A program made the translations under genes and the position numbers. Source: Neodothiora populina (Eukaryota). From it: a stretch of 64,000 bases of DNA. The notes beneath the pieces were generated by a model that saw only the letters and a program-made list of their open reading frames with translations, made no database searches and was not told where the DNA came from. This document shows, piece after piece, positions 12,522 through 25,900 of the stretch; positions within the stretch are counted from its first letter, which is position 1; each line of letters starts with the position of its first letter. The DNA lies in NCBI RefSeq assembly GCF_041146345.1, contig NW_027191413.1, forward strand, positions 1-64,000. Reading direction: 5' to 3'.

Positions 12522-13990
12522 ATGCGTCTCTCTCAAACCTCAAACGACCGGCTGGAAGGCATCGCAGATGCTTTTATCAATAAGGAGAATGGCATTCCAG
12601 GACTTGTTTGCTGCTTTGTTGATAAGACAGGTCAAGCACTGTTCGAATATGCTGGTGGACGCAGAGCCACGGGGTCAAGTGTACCTATGACAACCGACAC
12701 CATTTTCTGGTATGCTTCCTGCACTAAAATGGTCACAGCGATAGCAGCCATGCAACTTGTTGAGCAGGGTCTGATCAATCTCGATGACGGGGAACAGCTT
12801 GAGGCCTGTCTCTGGGAGCTTCAAGATCGTAAAGTCCTCGAACGTGACCAGCAAGGAGGCCTAGAACTTGTTCCTAAGCAAAGCAAGGTCACTCTGCGTA
12901 TGCTGTTGTCTCATACAGGTACGCCAAGAACGAGCGTTTTTGATTTCACACCAACTGATCCATCGACATCAGCTGGCTTTGGCTACAGTTTCGCGAATCC
13001 CAAATTGAAGGAGTGGTCCGAGCCTACTGGCATCTCCGAGGTCAGCAGCGAAGAGTTCGATATCTTCGCTCAGCCACTTGTGAACCAACCCGGGACAGCT
13101 TGGGAATACGGCATCAACATGGACTGGGTTGGTCGTTTGATCGAGCGCATCAGCGGTACAGGGCTGCATGATTATATGCAGAGAAACATCTTTCAGCCTC
13201 TCGGTATCTCTTCCATATCATTTTTCCCTACCACTGAACAGATGGCACTCCTGGCATACCTTCACGAGCGCCGTGCGGATGGAACCATTCAAGCGCGCGA
13301 TGGCGGTCATCTATTGAAGACTCCCCTTCGTGTCCATGAGGCCAAACGCAATACTGTGATACAAGCTGGGGGTCATGGGCTGTTCGGCACCCCTCGGGAT
13401 TATTGTCGTCAGTAGACCTGAGACCTGCAGCACATCAATCTTGATCTGATAAGTCGCAGAGATAGTCGCAGTCCTGTTGAATGGCGGCGTTCATGCGCCG
13501 TCCGGTATGAGAATTCTCGAAGCCAAGACTGTTGCGAGTAAGGCTTCGATCACGAACAGATATCATGAGTCAAACTGACAAGAGCGTAGACATGCTCGAG
13601 AATCAAATATCCGAACACCCTGATTTTGCCAGGGACGTGGGTCCAGCCTGTAAACCCTCTTTAGTAAATTCAGCAGCGGAAACGTACCCACAACCTCACG
13701 AACAACCCCAAGGCTGGGGTATGTCTTTTTTCAGGCTCCTCCATCCCAGTCATACGGGACGCTCAGGCAACACCGTCTGGTGGAGTGGTCTGGCAAACCT
13801 CATCTGGTGGGCCGACGTCGAAAATGGAGTAGGTGGGATGGTTGCTTCGCAAATTCTGCCTTTTAATGGTAGGTTCCGCATTTCTAGACGATGGAATTCT
13901 ACTGAACAATCCATGTTAGATCCGGATGTATTTGCTTGTCACGAAGAGTTGGAAATTGCACTTTATGAGGGCATTGTTGGACAGAGCTGA
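12522..13990 (+). CDS. Beta-lactamase/transpeptidase-fold serine hydrolase (class C/LovD-like family)
   Basis: SxxK motif (YASCTKM), LLSHT-GFGY, QPGTAWEYG, GGHGLF and WWSGLAN; several GT-AG introns. Confidence 0.88.
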
Positions 13991-14481
13991 ACTCGTATAA
14001 ACATTAGACGCAGAAATGACGTGATTCTTACGGTGCACTATCGCCACGGCATTGACTTTGAGTAGAGGGCAGATATCCTCAACCCTTGGGCGGATATGTT
14101 CAAGCCTTGAACAGTATGAATTGAAAAAATGAAGTGTTGCACTTAATTGTCCTTGAATGTTTGGCCTCCTCACAAATACCAATAACTTGATTAACGGACA
14201 TGGAAAGGTCTTTACCCTCTCTTTGCAATTCCAACCAGGACATGATGTGTTGATGCAAGCAAGCCATTGGATGCTACTGAGAGCTTATACCACACAGATG
14301 ATATAGGAGTGAAACGAGAATGAGCTCTGCTACATGCTGCTTTGTGTTCATGCCTTACGTATCATCATGTGTTGGTCTGCGCAAAATATTAGCCTTGCAT
14401 GCTCGTTCCTGCTTGCCCTGTTCAAGAAGGTTTCAAATCAATTTCAACTATCTCATGAGACGTTAAAGAACTATGTGTCTA

Positions 14482-15630
14482 TCAGATCTTGTTCTCCAAG
14501 TAGCGAGTCGCGAGACGGATTGCTATCTCTTTCCAGACGTTATCCCAGTGTAAGTCTTGAGACATAATGTCGACCATTACGGGTAGGGCACGAAGTGCCG
14601 CACAGGCGTCTACAAACACCAACCTGGTACATCGAGTCAAAAGATCGCTAGAGTGCAGGGCATACTCGTCGGACGGCAGATCGGACCTCGGCTTCGAGAT
14701 ACGGGTGTGCGGAAGAGAGACGATTCCTGTCAGACTTTGAGCTACTCAGCTCCACTGCTTCCCATGCACAATCTCCGTGAGAGCTAGTAAGATCCTTCGC
14801 TCCATTTAAATCCAAGCCACAGCGATGCGTCCGTCTCGTAAGGAGCGTGGACTCCAATGCTCCACCCCCACAACCTTATCTTCGCTGTCACGCAGCCGAG
14901 TTGAGAATTGCTGAATCATAAACCGCATTGCTCAACAGCTGCACTACTGCATCGCCTGCCATTTGCATGAAGGTCGTCCATTTTCCACCGGAGACTGTGA
15001 GATATCCACTGAGACCGCTTCGAACGAGATGTTGACGGGCAATATCCTGTGACGCTTTGGACGAAGGGTGGCTGACTAGAGGTCTCAAGTCGGCCCACGT
15101 CGAGAGTACATCAGATGACTTTGAAGAAAAACTGAGATCGGGGTAGCGTAAGACCTAGTCGAGTACCCATTGTATGGCAACATCATTGGGCTTGGGACAG
15201 GCCACTGACTCGTAGGGCTTATCCGTCGTGCCTGTACAATGATCGTCCGGCTCTGATTCGACTTCCATACAGTTGGCAACATTAGCTACCTTGGCAATAG
15301 CCGTGACTGCGGGCCCGGGTTCACTATCTCGCTCTAGAGCGTCCTTGAATAAACGTGAAGCAGCGTCCGACGCGAGACCGACTTCCGTGGCTCCTCTTCC
15401 AATCACCAATATATCATAGCTACTGTTGTCTACACAGCTGGATTCTCTGAAATCTGCGATAATCTGGTCTCTCGATCTCAGATACGGTGAGTGTTTTTCC
15501 ACTCGATGTTTGGTGCTTCGCGATCATCGTGGCGTCGCACGTCTGTAGCAAAAGTACCAGAACCCGCTAGGGTAAGGCCTCTCACGAGCAAGGGTGCTAC
15601 TCGTCTTAGTCCGGTTGAGCTCGTCGCTAT
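14482..15630 (-). pseudogene. GUT2: Degraded mitochondrial FAD glycerol-3-phosphate dehydrogenase
   Basis: Fragments in different frames: YDILVIGRGATEVGLASDAASR, RPLV..SGGKWTTF, HPYLEAEVR and RLVFVDACAALRALP. Only ~1.15 kb long; the putative start codon reads ATA. Confidence 0.8.
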
Positions 15631-16131
15631 GTTTGTCGATTGGTTTTCCCAAGAAATTCTCGGGGTCCGTAGTCATTTACACTCCCTTCGACCGAGATGT
15701 ACATCCGAACATAGGAGAACCCTCTTTAAGCGCGATTAAAGGTTGATGCAAGTGGTTAGCTTTTGGAGAGGTTGGACATCTAGTCAGCCGCAGCGGGGCC
15801 AAGGGTAATGGCGTATAAGTCAGCCGCCGTGGGGCTGGCCCTGTCCACAGCTTCGTCGGTATGCAGAGGTATACTAACGTAGGGCACTTCAATCTAGGAA
15901 TAGATCCTTGCTTTCCTTTGTGGACATTGCAGCCAAGATTAATAGCTCAAAGGGAGTCCAAGGGGCCGCCCTACGAATGTCAATCATTTCCGAACTCACT
16001 GGCATGGCCGGAAGGATATAGCATGCTCTGTTTACTCGAGGATCATTCCACTTAGCCTACACTGCTCATAAGTTGTTCTTTTAGATCATATCAATATCAG
16101 TGTACCAGCTACTCGAGTACAATTGCGCCTA

Positions 16132-16870
16132 ATGGACGGCCAATTTGTGATTGCCATCGACCAAGGGACGACAAGTACCAGAGCTGTTGTATTTAACAAG
16201 CAAGGCGCACGAGTCTGCTTTTATCAGCATATCAGTTCAATTATACACATTCTGGTCCCCGACTAAGTACAGCAATACGGGAATCGCTCAGATGCGACCG
16301 TAGCCTGGCTTGCACGAGCAATATCCAGAGGAAATCATCCATTCCGTCATCATATGCATCAAGACATGTACCGCGAGATCCCAGAGCATATAATATTGTA
16401 AGGAACAGACAGTCAGTATAGGCATCACGAATCCTAGGGAAACAATCGTCTCTTGGGATGCGATTACCGGCGAAGCTTTCTGCAATACTATCGTACGGGG
16501 GTATACACACGCTGCAGACATGGTGGAAGTCCTAAAGCAAGCTCTTCGCTGCGCTGATCTGTTCTAAAAGACTGGGTTGCCTGTCTTAACATATATCAGC
16601 CGTGAAGCTAACATGGACCTCACAACACGGGCACGCCGTGCGAGACGCTTAATCGTTCAAACGTCTAGTCTTTAGCACTGTTGACAGTTGGTTGATATAC
16701 AAATTCAACGAAGGCCCGCGTAGTAACATTTGGTCACTGATACAACAAATGCATCGAGAGCAGGGCTTATGGGCCTCAAGACGTTGACACAGGATGAACG
16801 AGTACTCGATTTCTACACCACTGACGATTACGACATTCCAGGCATCCATTTGCTACCTAAGGTAGGTCAT
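16132..16870 (+). pseudogene. GUT1: Truncated, degraded glycerol kinase (FGGY family)
   Basis: MDGQFVIAIDQGTTSTRAVVFN, IGITNPRETIVSWD, KTGLP, STVDSWLIYK and VTDTTNASR, with in-frame stops and frameshifts. The C-terminal half is absent. Confidence 0.8.
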
Positions 16871-17617
16871 GGATATGCCCGGTGGCTTGTCTGATGACAC
16901 GTCGGAACGGATAAATGTATCGCCGGGGGTCTTGGCGCAGCAGCCACTCCGCTGTTTGTAAGGCGCGTCGGACTCTTCCCAATCTCTTCCTCTCTACCCT
17001 AATACCATCGATTTCCATCACAATACGCGTTGGCCTTATCCATCCAGCTCTAGTTCCATCAGTTCTGCAACCGGCTGCAATCTCTGTGGTTTGGTGCGAC
17101 CAATTTTGATGTAGTGATCGCACTGTACTCACCAACTGCGCGCCGCCCTGTTCGCTCGTCCACCCGCCTGATCGCGTCATTCTCAGCAGACTCCGCCGAC
17201 CTCCACGATAGCAGCGCCTGCGATTACCTGCAGCTTTTCCTTCCGACTGGGCGCATTGTCCGGTATTGTCGCTGGTCCGCCGAACTGTGCCTCTTGCCTG
17301 TCCGCTCTGGCCCCAGGTCCGCCATTCCCGTACTTGTACTGGACCCTTTCGCAACAAGGGGGCTGCGATCGGTCGCCGGCCGACGGGGAAGAGAGCGCAG
17401 TTCCGCAGGATACCATAGGCAGTACTCTGCATTCTTCTCGTCCAAAGGTCGCCCTCGGGCAAATCGCAGTAAGAAGCTGGCAGCAAGGTCATCACAACAT
17501 CTTGAGTCTAGGCTGCTCAGTCGACAGAGAAGCCTGGGTGGGAGGGTTCCTGGCGAGACCAGGGGACACCGCCTTTGGTTAGTAGGTCAGTGCACACTTG
17601 ACTGACGGAATCACAGA

Positions 17618-19160
17618 ATGCCGTCTCGCAACCGGGGCGCTGCCGCTGCCGCTGCCGCTGCTGCGTGGCTACTGCGTGGCACGCCCGTTCTTGCGCAGCC
17701 CGACCGCTGTGCCTTTCAATGTGACTCTGACTCGCACGCTCTTGTTGATCTTCTTGTGAAATACAACAAGTCCAGCTCTCAAGGCATGGTGAACTTACGT
17801 ACTCAACTGCACCTTCAAGGATTCGATGCCATACAGTCCTTGTCGCTCGTGCTGCGGCCAGAAAATATCGTCACTATGGCCTTGGAACCACACAACACAG
17901 TCCTGTCTCCTGACAAAATGAAGTCGATTTTCACGGATGCTCTGCCCGCTGGTGATCAAGTCTCGACCTTGTCTATTTCGCTGAGATCTCCAGGGGGTGT
18001 ATTATGTCCCATGTCCTCTTCTACCTTGTTCCCAAAGCCTGTTCATGAGTCTCGTTTGCGTGCCTTCACTAAGCTCTGCGCTTCTACTTCTATATCGATC
18101 TACTTTGGTTCAAACCACATCTCCGAAGGGGAGCGACAAGACTTGCACAATTTCATAAATTCAATTCAGAATTCGGCGTTGACATCGTGCCCCATTGATC
18201 TCCGTCGCCTTCAGGGTGGTAAGGGTGCGCAAGAGGTTGACTGGCGACTTCTCGGCCTTGCCGACGCTGCCACACCGAGCCCGGAAGCTCCCCCGCCGTA
18301 CTGGCAGCAGTCTCAATCTCAACCTGAACGAAAGCGACTCCGCGAAGGTACATGCACGTGGCCTGATTGATCTTGTTACCAGACTGACCTTCCCAGCATG
18401 CTCATCTAGCCCTTCCCCGGAGAAGCGGCCCGTCAAGAAAATCCTTCAACACACTCCCTCGTTGGGATCGCCTACCGAGCCTAACACTCCGAGTATCAGA
18501 GGTAGCCTTGAAAGAGACGAGAACAGTCGAGCTTCAACTAAAGCCAGTGCCAGCCCTTGCTCTGATGCTCACACAATCAACACCCCCAACCTTAGTAGTC
18601 TTCTGCGCAACATCATCCGATCCGAACTTCGAGACCTCGTAGACACGACACTGCCTGACACCGTTCGGGCAGTGATCAAGGAGGAGCTCTTATCACACAA
18701 CTTACTGCAAACTGAGACTGTATACAAAGCCATTGATATTCAGCTTGGGGATCGATTGAAACCGCTGGTAGAAGAGAACCTACCACCTTTGATAATGCCC
18801 GCTATCGAGGCTGCTCTAGATGGCGTATTCCAGACTGTCGAGGATGAGCAAGCCATCGCCCATGTTGACCTACAAGAGACAGTGGAAGATGCTCGACTTG
18901 AGCTTGTTCAAGCCAGGGATGACGGCATTCATGCCATCGAGGCCACAGCTCAAGAAAACCTAGACGATTTTACAGCCGAGGTAGAAGCAGTGTCCGAATC
19001 TTACTTTGCATCAATTGAAGAGAAGCATCGGGAATGCCTAGATGCTAGAGAAAAGTGCCGCCTTTTCCATAAGCAGTGTCGCAAATTAAGCAAAGAACGA
19101 GAGAGTGCAGCATGTCAGTGGCATGACCCGTCTGTATCTACCCGAGCACAGTCGATCTAG
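17618..19160 (+). CDS. Hypothetical protein (~500 aa) with PPPY/KRxR linker and acidic coiled-coil-like C terminus
   Basis: Two long ORFs joined in frame by intron 18348-18396 (GTACAT..CTGAC..CCCAG). Confidence 0.7.
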
Positions 19161-19169
19161 TACAAAAGG

Positions 19170-20032
19170 AAGTTATCCACGCGTTTCTGCCAAAACGAAG
19201 CAGTTGATAGATAGCAGCTTAGCTCACTTGATTGATTGTAATACATACTAGACGTCGTCTCGACCATGGCTTCAATTCTAAACACAGTCAACCATCGCTT
19301 TGACAAGATAATTATACTTTTAAGTAGGTTGTCCAAACCCGCCACAATACCGGGTTCTGGAGGTTGAAGGTCAATGCTACGAGCCTCTGATCACGAGCGA
19401 CCGTCGACCAATTATGCTCCTATGACCGTCCTTGCTAGATTTATCTCTCGCCTGTTTTCCGCTCATTGGCTAATAGTTCGACGACGAGTTCCTTGCGCCG
19501 AGAGTGAATCCTCGCCACTCACTCGACCGGACCTGCTGAGCGGCAGGGGACCAATCTCGGATCCCTTTGGCACGTCCGATCTCGTGAGTACAGTCTGGAC
19601 GTCGATCGCTTCCGCATTTCTCTTGTGGACTTCCCACCCTAATGGGTGTAGCCATTTCTTTCTGTGGAGTTTCTAATTGCTGCTTACTGGACTGTCGTTT
19701 AGCATCTCGCTCAGTACGTATAGACAAAGCTCGAAGTCTCAGGACTTCACTTTGTAATTCTCGCACCCTATTGCTATTCCGGATAGATGATTAGTAGAAA
19801 CCACACAGATATCCGGACGCAAGCGATTTACCTCTAGAGTGCTATCTGGAGACATCGACGTAGACCTTACGACTATTTACACAAAGAGAACATGCTGGCA
19901 GTCTCCCATCGCACTGTTACAAGACCTAACGATAGATCAGGATCATCGTTGCTTATTTGTACTGACCTTGCGCGTTCCATCCTTGCATGCAATTTGTGTC
20001 CGCTTCGGCATCTGCCGTGAGCTTTCAGTCAT
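19170..20032 (-). pseudogene. Degenerate Zn(II)2Cys6 transcription factor remnant
   Basis: Minus strand reads MPKRTQIACKDGTRK|intron|VL*QCDGRLPACSLCVNSRKVY, a damaged GAL4-type cluster, followed by a coiled segment (RELQSEVLRLR) and many stops. Confidence 0.55.
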
Positions 20033-20994
20033 TTGTGATTCGCCACTTGATCGACCGGTCTGCGCGGTTACATTATAATACTAGGGTCTCTATAGAACCG
20101 TCTTTAGATGGCTATCTACACCTGTAATAATTCGAAGATGTAGTAAGTTCTTCGATATGCGCCTACTGCAGTAGTCTCTGCGCTACTCTTTTTACGTGAC
20201 TTATCGGCGATATGTCGTAGATGTCGTCAATGGTATAGCGACATGTTGCTAACATATCAGCAATAGTGAGTGTCATCAAACAATCCTAGCGCCAGGTGAC
20301 AAATTGCTCCACTTGCGCAGATAAGCAATGAATCTGTAGATAGGCTCGGATTTGATTCCACGATACATGATCTATTATCGGTCACTTATCATCTGCGGAT
20401 CTGATATCCCGCGATCGATCATAGGTCATACGCCTTATGCCTGCAAAGGTATTAGGTAGACATTTCAAAAATGTATTAGATGACATGATTTCATCGATTG
20501 CAATAGATCGTGACTTTTGCCATGTGGATATTACCTAGGCACGCAAAGAAATCCTGGTCAAGACAGGAAATTCTTTCGTGATAACGAGACAGGCCAAGTA
20601 CAATGACTCTTATGCTACCATCATGCGGCTACGCTTCCTCATTTTGCTTTGAGTACTAGTCATACACCACCGGCCCGCCGCTCGGCTCTGTAGTGCAGCA
20701 GTAAGAGGCGTATGCCATACAAGGTTAGAGATCAAGAGGGCCGAGAGCCGGGCATGCAAGGGCTACCGATGATATCGTCGGAAGGTATGCCTATTCACCG
20801 AAGCTCACTCAGTCGAAGATTGAAGCATACCTACCTAGTACTGCTATGCTGTTCGAATTGCTTCGGGCGTTCAGTGTGCGCTTGAGAGGTATACTCTCGG
20901 AAGACATGTATATATAGTGAGGAGACTTATCTCCTGTTCATGTTCCATCACATACCTCGAATCAAATTATAAGCAAGGAACTTGCTTCCAGCTA

Positions 20995-22620
20995 ATGATC
21001 CTCAACATGTATTTGAAGACATTCCTCCTCTCAGCGGTAGCTCTTTTGCTCGCGGCATGCCAAAGCAATGCCAACGACTCTGTTTCCGCTAAATCGACAA
21101 CCTCACTGTGGCGATGGTTCGTCGGCCACCACCCAACTGGCCATTGCCGATATTGAATACAAATTGGACCGGGACTGTCCTCAATATCTCTCAGACGGTC
21201 GATGACGGGATTGACCTGATTCACCAGACTGCGAGAACAGGTGCAGATTCTATTACATTCCCAGAACTATGATTCCCGGGGTAAACACGTCATGAGCCAA
21301 CTTATGATACGAAGGCATTCATTGACAGTATCTAGATTCCCTAAGGGCGCGAATAAAACAATTGGTCGCATGAGTTCCTACCTGCGTACATTGAGAACAG
21401 CTTAGCTATTGGAGATGACAACTGGAATCGCCTCATTAATACGATTGTATCTGCCAGCATCTATGCACAGCTCAAATTCGCAGAGAAGACTTCCACGAAT
21501 CTATAAATGGCGCAAGCTCTTATTTCTTCGCCTGTAGGAGACATTCTCTGTCATCGTCACAAGCTCCGGCCATCACGCAACGAGCGCGCAGTGTTCTCCG
21601 ATGGTACAGTCGGGAAAATTGTTGCTGTCATGACGTCCCGAGGCCGTGTGGGAACGTTGGAATGCGGCGGGTATGTTCCCTTGTTACGGCTTTGCTTTTT
21701 GGGTGAATATACACTTACTAAATCCATTACAGGCATTGGTATCCTAGCATGACTTTTCCATTACAAGCCCAGAGCAAAGATTTTCACTTAGTTCCTTTCC
21801 TCTATGTTCTCGACCCGAACAACAAGGAAGCCGCTTGGGTGGGAGGGAGCAACGGCAGAGATGGGCACTATGAGTCACTATGCGAATCTGGTCAACGCTT
21901 ACACGTTCACCGCAGCTATTGGCGTATCGTTCGTTATGACACCACTCGCCTTACTCGACGGCTACAACAATCACAAAGGTGACTTTGACGAGCAGCCGAT
22001 CTTCTATCACACGATCAGCACGGAAACCTTCAATAGTTCAAAGACTTATGATCCTGACAGCCAGGTCTCTTGGGATGTCCTGATGCAGATCGTCAGAGGT
22101 TTCCCAAGTTATATTCCACATGAAGAGGGTAACTTAGTTCCTCACCGATTAGTCAACATAACTTTGGAGTCTAGCGGAAATTTTACAATTCCTGCTGAAT
22201 AATTGGTTCGTGGAGGAAAAACATAAGAGTTGTAGCAGAGTAGGACGTCATTGAAAGTACGCTTATCACGTAAGGGTGATTCATGGTCGGAAAATGCATT
22301 GAGCGGTTTCAATGAGGCACTTTACAGCCTCGCGTTGTGTGCTGCGTGGTTGCATGCACCGGCCTACTTCCCTGATCTCGTTCCTCATATGCCAGCAATG
22401 ATGAACTACGGCGAAATACATGCTGGAGCACACGAATATCGACTCATAGAAGGACAAAGAAGTTGGAGCAGCATTGCTTTCGATATTGCAGAACCCCTGG
22501 ATCAATGCAAACAGTAAATATGTCCTCAAGACCAGGACAGAGGCTTTTGAAGGACTCCATAATCGACTCAGCATAGGTGAACAACCGGATAGAAGGAGAG
22601 GACTAAGCATCCGTCTCGTC
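20995..22620 (+). pseudogene. Fragmented gene of unknown family with signal-peptide-like N terminus
   Basis: MYLKTFLLSAVALLLAAC start, then collinear in-frame ORF pieces (21804-22202, 22251-22517) separated by stops. Confidence 0.35.
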
Positions 22621-23395
22621 TTCCTCCGTCGCTCTCTGATCAAAAGCTACCGCGATGCTGTTGCTTATTAGATCCAATTAGGAATTTACATGGTATTACC
22701 AATGAGATCGGGAACTGTGGCCACGACTTGATGGCAGCCAATCAGACATCCAAATCATTTGCGAACGCGATTGTAACTTGACTATCGCTCCATGTTCTGT
22801 AGACGTTTCAGCCTTTTCATCTGCCATAGGTTTTGCTACCTTTGAATATCGATTCATTGCTTCCTTGTACCTAGAAGCTCTTAACGTGTTTCAGAGGCAC
22901 GCAGCCCACCATGTCAGTTGTCAGGTGAGCAACACTAATCTCTGAACGGGAATCTTACAAGAAATATTGATAGTCATTAGGCAGATGTACAGTATGCCGT
23001 GGAATGCTGGTCGACAAATTCGCTGGTTGGAACTACACATGCGCTCCATTTACAGAATAACGATCGGACATTCATGCTCATGCAACAGCGCGCTTGCTGA
23101 TCAGTGTCTTATTCTTAGTAAAGCAGTATTAACGTACCCTCGGGGGTACAATCGGTATTATGATCGGCACAATTGCTCTTCCTACACTACTTAGACTCAT
23201 AACTCTACTCTATTCGCATCGTAAACTTCGATCATAACTAAATCGCGAACTAGAAAATAGAGCGGGATTGCACAAACAGCAACAACGGCACAAATTCTGC
23301 ATGATTGACAGGTTCACTATCTCATAACGATCATACGTCTACGATATGAGTTATCTACATCCTGAAAGTGTTGTATTCATCGTGATCATAAGCAT

Positions 23396-23748
23396 CTATG
23401 AGCTCTTGCCTCCCTTCTTGCCAGCCTCGACAGGGTCGACCTTGCCGCCAGCGAACTCTGTGCATATGATCAGATGTGGTCCATGATTTGCAGAAGATAG
23501 TGATGGTCCATAGCTTACCTCCCTTGCCGCCGCTGGAGCTGCTAGAATCGGAACCACCGGAGGAGTTGCCACCCTGGGCGCCAGCCTCATGGGGATCAAC
23601 CTTTCCGTGTGCGAATTCGCCAGTACCGACGCGCTTGTCAGGGGTACCATCTTGCTTGAGGCCGCCGTGCTCTATGAAGCTGCGTCAATAAAGAAGAAAA
23701 TCCCAGTCCCGATATGTGCATCATACCAGTAGGCTTGTAGTCAGACAT
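23396..23748 (-). CDS. Small Gly/Ser-rich hydrophilin (KGG-repeat, con-10/LEA-like stress protein), 3 exons
   Basis: Spliced: MSDYKPTEHGGLKQDGTPDKRVGTGEFAHGKVDPHEAGAQGG..GEFAGGKVDPVEAGKKGGKSS*, with two GT-AG introns. Confidence 0.8.
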
Positions 23749-25900
23749 GTTGAATTAAGTGGATGGGGTTGGAATTCGTTGAGTAATTGATATTTCTTTT
23801 TGAGCAAAGGGAGTTTGTTTGGCTTGTAAATGAAGAAGTGCTTCTGTCGTGGGCAAGTTTAGACTTATATAGCCCGACTGTTCCTCTATCTGACTACTCG
23901 CCTGTGCTTTGTTTCTACTTACTCCTTACTTGGAAATGTAGTCATGTCGACGTAACAAGCACAATGCGAGCGGTAGGACAGATTTGATGATACCGCCTGT
24001 GCATTGCGGTTACCCGATGTATTTTGAAACCAATTTCACTACAGAGTCGATCCCATGATCAACTTACTAGTGGGGAAATTGCTTTATGTTGCTCCACTAC
24101 AGCCAAAACAATCAAGTCATGACGTTTCGTGGACGGAGATGACATCGCGTTGCTCCCCGCGACACCTTCGTGTGACGCGTAGATTGAATCCCGTTTTGCA
24201 AGATCGCCTCGAACAGGCAAGCTCTAACCCCATTTGTGGGGAAGGTTCATGCACATCTCGGGGACAGTCGATCCGATCTCTTTACACGTGCTCAGATCGG
24301 GGTACAGATCTATTGCGTCTGGATCCCCCGCGGTGCTAGCGTACTGATTAAATCACCTAACAAGTAACAACTGATTTCCGCAATTCGAAGCACCTTCTGC
24401 ACTGATTGGCAGTTGGATATTACGTTCTAGTCAGGGCACTCTCGCTAAGACGACGCTTTACGACGGGAGGCTTCGCAATCTGCTGCTGGAATAGTCGGAG
24501 ATCATTAAGTCCTGTGAACACGTTTATCCTGTAAGGGGCTAGGAGACTGTTTGTTGATCACGCAATCTACTGACATCAGAGCGTTAGAAGACATGTACAG
24601 TAGTCTAGTAACATTAGAAATACGCCACATGTAGCGATACTGTATTGGAGAATGTCGGTAGTGAAACATAACTGCTACAGTATCATGACAGGCGTATAGC
24701 CTTGCCGAGGTCTATCTGGGTTTGAGCCTCTCGGTCCATGTGATATGGCCACTTCAACATCTAATATCACTTTCCCTAGAGATTATTCTGTAAGTAGTTG
24801 ATTGTATCTCGGACACCAAATCAGCCGTATCTCTTAATCGTCTTTATTGCTTTGCATAGAGTGTCATCTCGACAGTTCCTCTATCTTCTTCCCTTCCGAC
24901 TATCGGCTGGCTGCCAGAGATTCATTTCGGCAGTAAGCTTACATTTCCGATACGTACAATCTAATGGCAGACAAGGAAGAAGTGGTATTGTCGAAGCTGG
25001 GACATTTCTAGATGTCACATCTGTGAGATATGTTGGCATGGGATAGAGATAAGGCGGCGTTCGAGAAGCGCGAAGAAGAGTGTTACACTGGAGGACCAGA
25101 AAACCTCCAAAACTCACCGAGGCCCCCCTTTCTTGAATCAAACAATACCTTAACCTCCAATCAAGAGACGAGGTATGCGTGGCTTCAACTCCCTTGTATA
25201 CCAGATTCTGAAGCAGCTGGGGGCTCGGACAGAGGACTTGGGCTGCTCGTGGACATGTTGCACGCGCTAGAAGCTGAACCCAGCCATGTGAACCCCCACT
25301 TATAGCTGATGTGTGTCATTGTCATTTCCTGCACCGATGTATAATGCACAACTAACCCCAAGTTAAAGCATGCGCTATTGGTTAGCAATTTAGATCCATC
25401 TGCACGCAGGGTCGCGATCATTCAGTCGTAGCTCAAGGCTACTTGCAAATAATTGCGTATTATAGCACCTCCAATATATTGACCACATGTTGTTCAAACT
25501 ATGAGCCACGTTGGTGTGGTATGCACCTTATAGAATGGATGACCTGCTATATCAATCGCACCAATTATTATGCTCAAGTATCTCAAAACCTTGGATGACT
25601 TCCACGGTAGCGCAACAATCTAATAGTAATTGCAGGACACAACGACACCGAGCTGGTTTCTGTACAGCAACCGCCAGATCGTTTAGTGAATGCAACTACT
25701 TGTGCTTCATGTCGAAACAGTAGTACATGTCTTGATTGAGCTATTGTTGTGGGGCTTAGGTACAGTAAGGTAGCGTTGGGAACCGATCGGGAGTTTTCAA
25801 GTTCATAACACTAATGACATCACCGAGCTACCCGGCTCTTCACACTCTAAAATATGACATGGTCCAGATCTAAAAACAAAATTGCATGTCTTGTTCGCCG

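Noticed and set aside
16857..17605. Overlapping 212, 163 and 108 aa ORFs
   Set aside because: Arg-rich shadow ORFs in GC-rich DNA with no recognisable motifs.
24964..25305. Stop-interrupted coding-like stretch (MADKEEVV..AFEKREEE)
   Set aside because: Too short and no family signal; it cannot be supported even as a pseudogene.
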